Assembly (NCBI RefSeq): GCF_009914755.1
Contig: NC_060932.1
DNA: 64,000 bases
DNA from: the human T2T-CHM13v2.0 reference genome, Homo sapiens
Reading direction: 5' to 3' (one strand)
Both the position numbers and the translations under genes were made by a program. Below are positions 29,625 to 43,979 of this stretch, in pieces. Numbering within the stretch: the stretch's first letter is position 1; each line of letters starts with the position of its first letter. The notes under the pieces were generated by a model. The model worked only from the letters and a program-made list of their open reading frames with translations, did no database searches and was not told the DNA's origin.

Positions 29625-29910
29625 AGAAGATAAGCAGGGTAAGTAGGGAGATTGGTAGGAGGAAGATGGCGAGGATGGTAAGCCGGGGGAGAAGTAGTAT
29701 GGGCTTTGTGTTTTCAAACTGTCACTTTATTTTTACATTATTGGATATGGGGAATAATGTGACTGAAGTAGAATAGATTAGGCATATATAAAAGTATAGG
29801 TTGAGTAGGGTTATAATATCTATAATAGTGGGAATGACAAGGTTGTTATTTTTTTGTAAATTCTTGAATGATAATTCATTTAGGTAGAAAACTGGTTAAT
29901 GCTGGTAGGC
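29625..29910 (-). pseudogene. MT-ND2: ND2 C-terminal fragment (nuclear pseudogene)
   Basis: Mito-code translation [59 protein letters not shown]; +1 frameshift in the T7 run at 29849-29855. Confidence 0.92.
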
Positions 29911-30806
29911 ACTTCAGGATTTACACTTCAGGAAATTTAGCTAACTTCAAATAGGACAAATTTAGACAAATATGCCAAGATACGTCACAATTAAATTTTC
30001 AAAATGTAAAAACAAAGAAAAACCTTGAAAGCACCCAGAGAGAAACAACATGTTACCTATTACAGAACAAAAGACAACAGATTTCTCATCTAAAACCATG
30101 GAGGCCAAAAGGAAGGGGTACAATATCTTTCAAGTACAAAAAGAGAAACATTGTCAGCTAAGACTTCTACATCAGGAGAAAATATCCTTCAGGAATGAGG
30201 AAAAATCAAAATATTCTAAGAAGAAAAACCAAGGTAATGTATTTCTAATACGCCTACCCTAAAATAGCTAATGTAAGTTCTTTGAACAGGCAGTAATGGC
30301 TATTGTGGACCATTGCTTCTTTTTGCCCTGTAGAAAGATTCATTGGAAGAATAATATACATACATTTTGTATTGAACAATGATGTTATTTGGAAATCCTG
30401 GCTAAGATTTTTTTGGGATCAATGCTGAACATTTCAAAGGATGTTACAACAAGCTGGAAAGTATGAGTTGTGGGTCTAGTCCTGGTTTCCCACTGCTGGT
30501 CTGTTACAGAAATGTGGTCCTACTGTGGAGCCTCAGCATAAATACTCACAGAAGGAGATCCAAAGACAGATGACAGAGCCTCTCAGTATTTGACTCCATC
30601 CTTGAGTTGATATGGCACCAGGTAGAAATCTTCTCTAATTTCCCCCAACAAGAGAAGGAATATTACTTAGAAATATATCTTGGAGTATTCTTCTAGACAG
30701 AACGTCAGTGATCTGAGATCTTCTGAAGCTCAGTCCAGGACTATTCTCCTGGCAAGAAAAGGAGAGTTTGATCCATCAATTTTGTTCAAAAAGTTCAGAG
30801 GTGAGG

Positions 30807-30859
30807 GTGGAGGAATAGTAGTTTGGGGTGTGGAGGAATAGTAGTTTGGGGTGTGGAGG
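30807..30859. repeat. 23-bp tandem duplication (2.3 copies)
   Basis: GTGGAGGAATAGTAGTTTGGGGT twice plus GTGGAGG. Confidence 0.9.
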
Positions 30860-33800
30860 TGTGATTAAGGGGAAAAAATAACTTTTCCATTATTCTTCTG
30901 TCTGAATATTCAAAGTCTGGAACACATCAAAAGCAGTTAAAAATAAAATGGATTGTTATACTTATCTGTCATCCCAATGCAGTTTCCATGTTATTTAAAA
31001 TAGCAAGTTATCTTTGGGTGACATTAGCCTTAGTGATGTGAATTGCAGTTTTCTTTATGATGTCAGGGCTTAACTATTTAGTAAGTAGGAGGAAAACTAT
31101 CTAACAGAATGCACCTTAATAGGAAGAAAATCAGTTGAACTGAATAAACTAACGTTTACATTCCCTCCGTCTCTATTTTTCATCTAATATCACCCCCGTG
31201 CTATTAGAGCCTCAGCCAAAAATTGGGTTTTATTCTTTCTGGCCCCATGATTTCCTTTCAGTAAGAAATGTTCAGACTAAGACACATTAATAAGTGCAAA
31301 TAAATTTAGCTAGCATTTGCTTGGCTGATTCTCAAAGAGGATCAAGAAAGGAAATGGAGAACACCGATGATAAACTATTCAACAGAGCATTTTGAAATTG
31401 GCAATGTTGCAAGAACAGTATTTTATGGTGGTTCAGATACATAATATGTTTTATAGAATGTTCAGAAAAAAATAAAATGATCAAACCGCACCCTTTTAGG
31501 TATAGATGGAATGGCAAGGGATTTATTTGATACACAGTAAATATTTGAAAATGATTTCAATTTATTTCAGGAAGAGTGCAGATAAGATTTGTTGAGGAAA
31601 AGATCTTTATAAGGCACATTAAAATATTTGGAGTTAGATTAGATTTCATTTGTGATGTAAGAAAAAAATACATAATATCTTTTTCATATTTAAAGGAGTT
31701 ATTTAATATCAGTAGGTCGACTGCTGCTCTAGTGTCTCACAATTGTCAAACTTGTATTATGCATGGGGATTACAAGTGCTTTATTAAATGACTTGTTAAT
31801 ATTATCCTCCCTCAAAAAGGATTTGTAGTAAGAAACGACTGCCACTACAAGTGAACTAGAAGACACGAGTCCTGAAATTCTGCTACTCATTAGTACGACG
31901 AGGCTTGCATTAGAATAAGCACACTAAGAAAAAGTAACAAATTCCAATTTCATATTTCTCATCCATGTGGAAAAAATAAAATATAAGCCTGAATTTCAAA
32001 TGTGTTTGGTGGAGGGATGTTTTAGAATGACCAGTATTTTTATTTGTTTTATTTTTAATTTGATATGGCTTTTCCACTTTGTTTTGTTCTGTTTAAATTC
32101 CTTAGGTCTTCTGCCACTCACAATACTAGAGTCCTAAATAAGCTAACTGACATGATTTCCAGGTTGCCCAAATAGGGAAATAGTGAGATGCTTAAATAAT
32201 TCGATTAGTGTAGTTTATTTTCCATATCAAGTAACTTAGGTCAAGTTAAGGAAATTTCACAAGCATGAACTACTAGAATTTTAGAGGAAGTGAATGCAGT
32301 GAACCACCAAATCTCAAGGGTCTGTTTTAACCTCAGAAGTAATTCTATCTTGATAATTAATCAGTGACATAGTTAAGAATTCAAAAGAAAATAGCCTATT
32401 TTGCCAAGAGTGTCTGTAGATGTTTAAATTCAAATAAACAGAAATAGCAAATGACCCAAAGACAGTAGTCTTCAAGAGCTTCTTTGGAATTCACAAAAAT
32501 ATTTCCTTTAAACAGTGCTGTATTTAGACTAGCCATTTCACCTTGGAATATGAGTTAATGAAGAAATGATGAGTTTAATTGTTCTCCTGGTTTAGCTGAG
32601 TCCTTTGGATTTTATGAACTAGAAAGAAACAATGTGACGTGGTACTGGACCCAAAGGTTTACTCTTTTCTCTGTTTAATGTGACTCAGCCTGTTTTCAGG
32701 AAGAGTAATCTTGGATATGGAAAGCCTATCTTCAGGTCAGGTATTGTGAGCTACTCGCTTCATGACTTTACAAGTCTTTTAACATATTCTGTTTTCTTTT
32801 TATAACATTAAAGTGAACTAAATTATTACCATCCCAGTTATACACATTGGTCAAACATGGCCCAGCAGTGCCATATGGTCATTTTTCACACTTGCAAATG
32901 AAAAACTCATTGTTAATAGATCAATATCATGACCAAATCAATGGCCTTGAGGTCTTAGAAGAAAATTACAGGCTATGGAGTGGGTTGCCCTTGGGGTTTG
33001 AATAATGTACTCTATGGAATTACTAATTGTGTGGGGAATATTTGCTGAATGAAGTAATGAATGAACAGCTCTTGTCCACAGAAATAAATCCACAGAAGTA
33101 AGTCCACAGAAGATGCCAGAGTTGCAAGGAAAGCTACTCACCTGAAGGTCAATGTCTTTTTTACACAAGATGCCAATTAGAAGTGAACTTGTGTTTCCAA
33201 TATTAGAGAACTTTATATAAGTTATGGCATTATCTCCTTAAGATCCTATTAACATAGATATTAGAGATAATAGACTTAGTTTATTTCTTACTCATGCTTA
33301 CTTTTTTAATATTGCAAACAGGAAAAAGTGAATGAGGTATTACAAGGGATCAACCATTCCAATGCCTGGGTCTTGATAACTTAGATTGTATGTTCAAGTG
33401 GATTCTTAAAGGTCATACAAGAGCTACATAGGATTTCTTATTTCTCTTAAAACAACCTTTTTTTCATAGAAAATTGTTAGCTTTAAATACTATCCATACA
33501 CCAGTCAACACTTGTGTGCAAAGAATCCAAAATGAATGTAATTATGCTCTGATTTTATCATTCTTACTAATGGAATACTAAGGAAATCTGTTAAGTAGGA
33601 AGATTTAGTAAAAGATTTCACAGTATGAGAGCTACAGTAAAGCTGACTTTTTAAATGTGAAGAAACTATTCCAGTAGATGACTAAAAATAAGCAGAAAAG
33701 TCTTAGTACACTCTATTCTGCCAGCTCTGCAAAATAGCATACTATTCTGGCTTGGAGTCTAAAAAAAAAACTGGGTTATTCTTAAAGAACATAAACTTTG

Positions 33801-34360
33801 GAAAAGTTGAAATTCAATATAATTTAGTTCAAAATACTTAAATACATACTATATTTATATTTATGTACATCTAGTTTCATAGTTTGGTCCTATTGCTTAT
33901 TGTCTGTGACAGCAATCAGTTTGGCAAAGCCTTGAGAACATTTTTGCTAATAACTTACTTTTTTCCTCTCTCTGTATCACAAGATTTCATTATGTCACAA
34001 ACCAGGTTAAGTTCAGAGTACATGGTGTAGAAATCAATTATCTGATACCCTTTAGTGAGCAATATTTTGAGCAGCCCATATTTCCTATTATATAGCCTTA
34101 GTATCTGAGATTATGGTAGTTAGCATCCTGGAAACATCACCATGCCCTATGAACAGAAACCCTTGACTGCAAAGAATCCCTGCTTTCTATCTCTTGTGAC
34201 TTGGCTTTTTACTTTTCCATGTGCCTCTGTTCCATGAGCTCTTTCTTTACCAATCTCCATTTGAAACCGTCTGTACCACCATGGTTGTCCTCTACTGGTA
34301 TGTTGAACTGACTAGCCATCTTGGTTGTGAACTGAACAAATTTTTTTCAACTAGGTTAGA

Positions 34361-35595
<1,235 letters not shown>

Positions 35596-35619
35596 CCTAG
35601 AATTTTATATCTAGAGCTT

Positions 35620-35900
35620 GTGAGAAAGAACATCTTTCATCTCTGGGGACAGAAATATTAGAGTATAAGGGCAAAATTGCCATATGGTCATGATCTCCTT
35701 CTGGTGGGTACAAAAAGGGGAAAAAAATATAGAGTAGGAAACCGAATAGAAAACGCAGAAAGAGAGAGAGAACTCTGATTTGGTTTAAGGCCCAAGTGTA
35801 GCTCTTCCACCATCCTTTTGTGAGACAATATATTTCTCCTTTTAACTTAACCTTGTTTGAGATGGTTTCTGTTACTTGCAACCAAAAGTATTGACCAATA
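35620..35900 (+). mobile_element. MLT1 MaLR LTR 3' fragment
   Basis: Ends GTTTCTGTTACTTGCAACCAAAAG..TGACCAATA, an MLT1-type terminus. Confidence 0.5.
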
Positions 35901-37319
35901 ACTACATACTCCCCAAATAGAAAACCTTTGAAATAGAAAAGATTACAAAGCAAATGTCTTTATGTGAGAATAACAAAAATATGCCTATGTGCTCACTTGA
36001 AAATTGTATTTACCAGGTTTATAAATTTTGTTTTGTTTTAATCTCTCTAATTCACTTAGACTTGGATATTTAACCAGACCACTCAGTGTTTAATTAATGA
36101 TGACTTAGGTTGCTACTTTTTGTAAGCACATGGAGAGATTCTCAGTACATTGCAGTTCTTTTTATTCATTTATTTTTTCAACAAATATTGAAACTTATTC
36201 AATAAGCAATGATTGACAGACTTGCTATGTCATGATCAATGTCCTATGCTTTACAGTTGCAGATAAGAACAGTCCATTCTCAGAGCTCACTGTAGTAAGG
36301 GAAGGACACCTGGGAAGGATTACAGGAACTCTGAGGAGAATACAGCTAGTATTCTGGAAGGGGTGGAGAAGTCTGGGAAGACTTTATATAGGCAATAACC
36401 TTTGACATGTGTCTTAAAGAATGAGTGGAAAGTTTCTTGCAGTGCCTTTCCCTGCTTGTCAATTTCATACCTTTCTCATATCTGCCTTTGAAAGTAAAGA
36501 TACTTAGAACATTAAATGATAACCCTGGTGCCAATAATTGGAGTTAATAAAATTTTGACTTAAAACACAAGAACAGGTGAGAAAGACTGTAATGCTGTAA
36601 AACAGATTTTATAATACAAAAATTGGCATCAGATAAAACAATATGAAAAGCAAGATGAACAGAAAAAAGGTCTGTTTTGTATTTCTGGGTAGAATTTAAA
36701 CTTTTTTTGTTCCAGAACCACTTTTTAAACATTATTAACAGTTCTTAAAGTTTCGCATAGGTCCAGGAACATTGCCAGGATTTCAGGGGATGAAACTATG
36801 AATCCCTTTACTACAGATTTTTAAAATCACTTCAGTTCTGAAATTAACTTTCCACAGACTGTTTGAATTACTGATTAGTAATTCATATTATTTGATCAAG
36901 GAAAGCCAAGTTTTCAGATGATGGTATTGTTTTCAAGTGCTAGCTTTTCCCAAGGAAATAATCATTCTCATATCATCAAAACTGAACTAGTAATAAAAAA
37001 CAATCTCTAATCGTTGGGAGTTTTAGAATGTGTATTTTGATTGTTTCTCAGCCTCTCTCCACATGGGGAAGGTTTCCAGTTAAAAACCCGAAGACCTGCT
37101 AGATCAATTCTAAAAGAGCTGCAACACTTTGTTTCTTTTAAATTCCGAAAAACACATACACATTCAAGTGAATATTATTACCTTCAATTTCTTTTATTGG
37201 ATTCCACTTTCTATAGAACAGGATTTAAATAATTTCATTTGAGCATGTGTAATATTTCTTAGGGCTGTATCTTTATGAAATGAAGTCCAGATTTTAAAGT
37301 GACTTGGGGGATGAGGGTG

Positions 37320-37655
37320 GGCATGGGCACAGTGGCTCACGCCTATAATCTCAGCATTTTGGGAGGCCAAGGTGGCCGGATCGCTTTAGACCAGGAATTG
37401 AAGACCAGCTTGGACAACCTGGTGAAAACTCATCTCTAATAAAAATGCAAAAATTAACCTTGCATGGTGGTGCGCACCTGTGGTCCCCCTACTCAGCAGG
37501 CTAAGGGGAAAGGATTGCTTGAGCCCATGAGGTCAAGGCAGCCTCACAGAGACTGAGCTCACAGGGATCATGTGAGCCATGATCACATCACTTTTCTCCA
37601 GCCTGGGCAGCAGAGCGAGAGCCGTCTTAAAAAAATAAATACATAAAAATAAAAC
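37320..37655 (+). mobile_element. AluJ with an internal insertion of about 30 bp
   Basis: Alu dimer, GATTGCTTGAGCCCA (J-type); extra sequence at about 37521-37551. Confidence 0.9.
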
Positions 37656-39823
37656 AATTTGGGTCTCTGCTAATTATTAACATTGCTCATATATTCATGT
37701 TTTCTTCATTGTCAAAGATAGGATAATTACTGTGCCTTGTTGAGTGAGTTTCCGGATAAACTCTGTAAGAATAAATTATGTTATGACATCATTTGGATTA
37801 AGAATGGGAAGAAAGTGGTAGAATGGAACTGGATACTATTCAGACACACCAAAGAGGTGGAAGGTACATTGCAGAGGAGTGACAAAAAAAGCAATACTGG
37901 TAAGCAAAATAAGTAACAATAATAGCAGCACACATTTGTACTTATATACAAATGCACAGGGAAGATCTAAGCCCCTGGAAGTCATTGTATTTCTATGGAC
38001 AAAGGTAGCAAAAGAAGTCCTGAACTTATGACCAGCTACTCTTAAAATAGAAACACTCACTTTCCAATATCACCCGCAACTTATTTTGTGATACAAACCT
38101 GTATTTTAGTAAAGCATTCTGCATGGTACTGATTTTGTCTGAATACATTGTGACCATCTTTTCACATACTATAAATCACACAAACGCACCAAAAGAATTT
38201 GCGTTAGTGTAGTAGATTCTGTTCATACTCATTTCCCACCCAGTCTCATATGATCTCTCTTTTCCACACTATCTACTTATTTTCTGGCACACCCAGGTCA
38301 CTGTTAAAGGCTTGTGTAAGGTCAGCAGTTCTTCCAGCAAGTGGTTAAGGCCAGCATGACCTTGCCCTGTTTCTTCCATCATAGAATTACATGGCATATT
38401 TGGCAGATTGCTAAACTAAATAATGTGACATACATATTTTTCTAATTGTCAACTGTCTGTAGACAAATTACTGAAATTTTGATGTATTGGGTAATCTTCC
38501 ACCAAGATGAAACTGAAACACTCTCAATAAAGTATTATAGCCAACTGTGGCTTCTGGAAAATCAACCAATATTTGCCTTTGCTTGACAACTACTAAGCCC
38601 ATAATTTTTTTAAGATGAATAAGGCCCAATAACTTCTTATTTTTCAGGGTAAAAATAGCTTCAAATACTTTAACATATATTATACCTGCTGTAGTTTCTA
38701 ATACAAATGAAAATAATGATATGGTGTATTTTTGGACCTCTACTTTCTACCTCTGTTTATTGTCAAGGTTTGAGTGTTAAGTGTAGCCACACAAAATTAA
38801 GGATTAATTAAAATAATTTTTACAGTATTAGTAAATAAGTTTTTGATAGCTTATTGTCAACAAACTTTTAAATATATTCTTGTGTGGATTTAAAAAATAA
38901 CTATATCTCAAGAATACTTATTCTTCAAAAAAACATAAAAGTATAAGGTAAATGATTCATTAAGAAGAAAAAGGGACAATGGAAGATAAATTTTTGAAGG
39001 TTCTGTTTGCTTTGGAGATTCTGAAGATATCTGAGAATTTTTAACTTGGGATTTCTTTAGTTTCTACAAGGATGCCTAAAATTATCACAAGATTATTACT
39101 TCCACATGTATGGCTAGTATTTCTGAAATAATATTTTAAGGGTCTTGAAAGAGGCTCATTTCAGAAAACAATAGTGATCCTGAGTTAATGAAAGTCTTCA
39201 ACGGTTGGAAGGTAGGGAATTTTTACTCGTCCCTCCAACTCTATTATTGATCTGGTATGCAACCTTCAGGAAATTGGTTTATCCTTTCGCCTTCTTACTG
39301 GTAAAAATGACTGCCTTAGAGGTCTTATAAAAACAAACGTTGGCTTGATAGTGCTAAATAAAAGCAGAACTGTGTTGGCAGTTCATACCATCATGTTCTT
39401 ATATGCAGTTCCTTATAATTACTGCCGGTGACATGAGAATAGTTCACATATTGTTTCTGGCAATATTCACTGGTAAAGCCATCCTCCCATTTCTCCAAAA
39501 CCTTATGTAGAAATGTTGGCATATCAGTTCTTCAGAAAGGAGGTAAATCTTGCCCCCATGCCAACCATAACTAATGTTATCTGTGATAAGCATGGCGGTT
39601 TCCATACTTCTTTCTTTAAAGGTCATTTTAGTTTATCTTAGTATCTGATATGTTATGCACACTGGAAATAAAATAATCATTGGACTACCACCTCTTTTCT
39701 CCCAAAAGCGATAATGTCGTTGCTCTTGGCTGCCACAAAGTGGCAGTGTGCCCACTAACTTCTCCACTAGAAAACCCAGTGTTGGCCTTTAGCACAAAAC
39801 AGGACAGAACTACGCCTCAAGAT

Positions 39824-39976
39824 TAGGGTTGCCACACAAAATACAAGAAGCCTAGTAAAATTTAAATTTCAGATAAACAACACCATACTTTTACAAAAAA
39901 ACTTTTTTGTTGTTTATCTGAAATTCACATTTAACTGAGTGGCCCATATTTTCATTTGCTAAGTCTACCAATGCTA
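39824..39976. mobile_element. MER53 palindromic hAT MITE with central deletion
   Basis: TAGGGTTGCCA...CAATGCTA; perfect 8-bp TSD CTCAAGAT (39816-39823, 39977-39984); perfect 18-bp inverted arms at 39865-39882 and 39908-39925. Confidence 0.88.
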
Positions 39977-40367
39977 CTCAAGATAGATTTGACTCTTGCA
40001 ATCATGTAAACGTTTAAGTTGAAATACACCTGTCCTTAATGGCTTATTTACTTATCTATATTTATTGAATTATAGAACTCTTTAGTTAGGGGAATCCATA
40101 TTTCCCCCTTCTAGCAGATTTCTATTTACCATATAGTACTAGATTCACATGTTTAGTCTTTCATAAAAATGAATGTGTTTGAAGGCATATTTATAGTACA
40201 TTTTGAATGCTGTTTCCATCATTGATATTAAACTAACAAGTACTTATTGGTCATCTACTATGTGCAAGGCCTTGTGCCAAAGGGTCACAAAAGGTTCTAC
40301 AGAAGGGGCTAGATAGAATTGACTTGAGGGTTTAAAATAAAACAAAAAAAATAGGTGGGCAGAATGG

Positions 40368-40397
40368 AGAACATTCAAGAACATTCTGGAACATTCT
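40368..40397. promoter_or_regulatory. Perfect six-unit heat-shock element (HSF motif); function unproven
   Basis: aGAAc aTTCa aGAAc aTTCt gGAAc aTTCt. Confidence 0.55.
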
Positions 40398-41354
40398 AGA
40401 TGGGTGGTCGGGTATTTTCTATGCCAAAATAAATGTTTTATGAAAACCTGAAAGGCTTAGTTCAAAGGCCTAGTTAGAATATTGAACTATTAACATCCAT
40501 TCATTCATTCTAGTGTCCAAAACAATCTTGGCACACATTATAAGCACTCATTAATGAATTAATTGAATTATTTTAAAAAGTAAGAATGACACTGGGATAG
40601 AGTCATTTAAAAATTTTTAATTTGCTTGAAATTTTCTCTTCCACTTTTAATGTAATCTCGCCAAGCTTTATCAAATTTCAACAAAACTCAATCCAGACTT
40701 CTATTATACTGATATAATGTCACTTTTTGGTGTAATATTATGTATATTAGTTGTTTACTCCAACATACTGAGTTTAAAATGGAAAGTTTCTTTTTATGTT
40801 GTCTAATATATTCAAATGTCAGTTAAAATGTAAAACTTTTAAAGTTATACAAAGTGTTTCATTAAATTTTGCCCTCCAAATGTCTCATTCTACCAGAAAT
40901 GTTGCAATAACATTATGATTTGTGAGCTTTCCCTTCCATTTCTGAGAAAGCTGAGATTTCTGAACTTGTATATGACTATACTCACCTATGCTTCTCATTC
41001 ACAAGCACATTATGTGTAAGGGGCTCTATTTGTTTGTATAATTTTGCAATGTAAATAATCTATTTCTTATTATAAGGAGAAGATAGTAAAAGAAAATCTA
41101 CAATTGCTACATTTGAAATAGCAAATCTGGAATTAAATCTACCCTGAACTGCAGATATTATCTAATACAAGTTAACATTAAACAGACACTTTGCATGTTA
41201 TTCATTCATGTTAGAGCTGGGAGCAATGTACAGTTGCTAATCATTTTATTATTTTTTGAAAAATTATGCTATATTTTACCATTTCAACAACCTTCTATAT
41301 GTAAGATTTTTCTTAATTTGAGAAAAGCTGGAGCTGGAGGCCATCATCCTAAGC

Positions 41355-42177
41355 ACAGACATACCTGCAGCTAACTAGCATAGGAAAAAAGCTCAATATC
41401 ACTGATCATTAGAGAAATGCAAATCAAAACCGCAATGATACACCATCACACACCAGTCAGAATCCCTATTATTAAAAAGTCCAAAAATAACAGATGCTGG
41501 TGAGGTTGTAGAGAAAAAAAAAACACGTATATACATTGGTGATGGGAGTGTAAATTAGTTCAACCATTATGGAAAGCAGTATGGCAATTCCTCAAAGAGC
41601 TTAAAGGAGAACTAACATTCGACCCAGCAATTCCATCACTGGGTATATACCCAGAGGAATATAAATTATTCTACCATAAAAGCACATGGATGTGAATGTT
41701 CATTGCAGCACTATTCACAATAGCAAAGACATGGAATCAACCTAAATGCCCATCAACAACAGATTGGATTAAGAAAATGTGGTATATATACACCATGGAA
41801 TACTATGCAGCCATAAAAAGGAACAAGATCATGTCCTTTGCAGGGACATGAATGGCGTTGGAAGCCATTATCTTCAGCAAACTAACACTGGAACAGAAAA
41901 CCAAATACCATATGTTCTCACTTATAAGTGGGAGCTAAATGATGAGAACACATGGAAACATAGAGGGGAGCAGCACACACTGGGGCCTACTGGAGGTTGG
42001 AAGGTGAGAGGAGGGAGAGGATCAGGAAAAATAACTAATGAGTACTAGACTTAATACCTGTCTGATGAAGTAATCCATATAAAAGTTTCCCCATGACACA
42101 CGTTTACCTATGTATTATAAGAAACCTGCACATCCTGCACATGTACCCATGAACTTAAAAGTTAAGAAAAGAAAAAA
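41355..42177 (+). mobile_element. Older L1PA 3' end, 5'-truncated
   Basis: ATCATTAGAGAAATGCAAATCAAAACC...CCATGGAATACTATGCAGCCATAAAAAGG...CCTGCACATGTACCCATGAACTTAAAA plus A tail. Confidence 0.92.
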
Positions 42178-43490
42178 GCATTATACAGAATTTATTCTTT
42201 AATCATCAAAATATCATTATTCTTTTTTTAATATATGTGCCAGGTATTCCACTGGATGCTATATAAATTTTTTTATATGCCACTTCTAAAAGATTTTGAA
42301 GTAGCTTATATATATATAAAGTTAAAAGAAGTTATGGCTATTAATAGAGATATAATTATATTATCAACCAAAGGTCTCCAAAAGTTGCTAAATGGGATTA
42401 GCTGATTTGGATCAAAGCTCTCTGGTGAAAAAAGCCAAATAGGATACATGAGTAGTTACAGAAAGGGCAGAGAGGTGAACTTATATTTTCTGGCAATAAA
42501 TCTGATTTATAAATATTCCAAGTTGCTGACTGGTGGCAAATTTATATGTTTTGATTATATGCAGTATAGAAGATAGGAGTAACATTTTCTTATGGAAACT
42601 GAGCATCCGTACTAGTAACTGACTGAATGGTAAATCCACTTTGGCATGAAGGTGGGCAAGGGAAGACAACGTGGGGACAATGGTGCCTGCGCCTAATTTA
42701 TGAACTTATGAACTCTGTAATAGAAGGACAGCGTATTTCAAAAGCATGGAAATTGAAGCGAGCTTGAAAAGCAAAGAATATTTAAATCCAAATGAGGCCA
42801 GCTGAGGAATGAAAGGAAGGACTGTGGTATGGTGGTGAAGAGCAGGTCAGAGGAAAAAAATCCGAATTTTCTTGACATATAAAATTCCTATAAATCAATG
42901 AGAATAAAACCAAGACCTAATTAAAAATAGACAAAGAATATGTATGGATAGTACAGATAGTACATTAAAACAAAAATAGAAATAACTCTTAAACATCTGA
43001 AAAGGTGATCACCCTCTCTCATATTAAGAGAAGTGTAAATTAAAACTACAAGATACTGTTTTTCATCATCAAATTGCTGCTGGGAGTAAAATAGCTACTA
43101 AGACAATTAATGCCCCTGCACTTGTGGAGCTTACATTCTAGTTGAGAGACAACCAATTAACAAATATACATAAATTATCATGATTAATAGGAGGAAGTGA
43201 CGTGTAGGAAGATAGGGTAAGTGAAAGTGACAGTGATGCAGGGGATCACTATTGGATGGTGGAGGCAATTCTAGTGGAGTGGGGAGGGGGCAAGCGGGAG
43301 GAGGAAGTGAGTCAAAGGGAACAATGTGGAGAGAAGACTTGCTGCAGGTGTTTTGATAAAAAGAAGCTGAAGAAATAGGACAGTACCTAGAAGAGAATAA
43401 GGGGTAAAAAGTGAGTTTTGTTTATTAAGTGAAAGAGAATGGTGCAGAATGTGGATACTATGCTACAATTTGTGTGTTGTGACTTTTTAA

Positions 43491-43530
43491 TAGATAGATA
43501 ATAGAGATAGATAAAAGGTTAGATAGATAG

Positions 43531-43560
<30 letters not shown>
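43491..43560. repeat. Compound (TAGA)n(TACA)n tetranucleotide STR
   Basis: TAGA units followed by about 6 TACA units. Confidence 0.9.
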
Positions 43561-43561
<1 letters not shown>

Positions 43562-43979
43562 GCTTGTATGTGCGAAAAATATTTCTGGAAAAATTCACAA
43601 AGTACTAATACCATGATTGTTTCTAGGGAAGGAAATGGCTGGAAGAAGGATGAAAGATTATTTCTTTTTGTGCTTTTCAAATATGTATCATATACAGGAA
43701 TCATCCATGCAGAAGTAAACAAATCCTTCATTACTCAAAATACTATGTAAATTATACTCAACTGTGAACATGACTTAATTTTTCTCTATTCAAGTTGGCA
43801 TATCCCTGTAAGTGTAAAAAGCTGGAAATCATGTGTATATTTTCTCAGTTACTTTAATTACATTAAGAAAACTATAATCAGAAAAATATTTTATTAATCT
43901 TAGAGTTGCACGTGAACACTATTAACTAACACATATCTTTCTTATCATAATCTACTAGCATGAGTTAAGATATAACTTC

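Larger units (their letters stand above)
29525..29910 (-). pseudogene. NUMT: mitochondrial ND2 3' end, tRNA-Trp and part of tRNA-Ala
   Basis: Reverse complement reads ND2, then AGAAATTTAGGTTAAA..GACCAAGAGCCTTCAAAGCCCT..TACTTAATTTCTG, then AAGGACTGCAAAAC..ACTCTGCA, the vertebrate ND2-W-A order. Confidence 0.95.
28035..30290 (+). mobile_element. Old L1M 5' UTR and ORF1 remnant, interrupted by a NUMT
   Basis: CCAAGATGGAGTAG start; ORF1-like peptides (ORF 30050: TTDFSSKTMEAKRKGYNIFQV..EKISFRNE). Confidence 0.75.

Noticed and set aside
30807-30859. Direct repeats as a CRISPR-like array
   Set aside because: Head-to-tail duplication without spacers, in eukaryotic DNA
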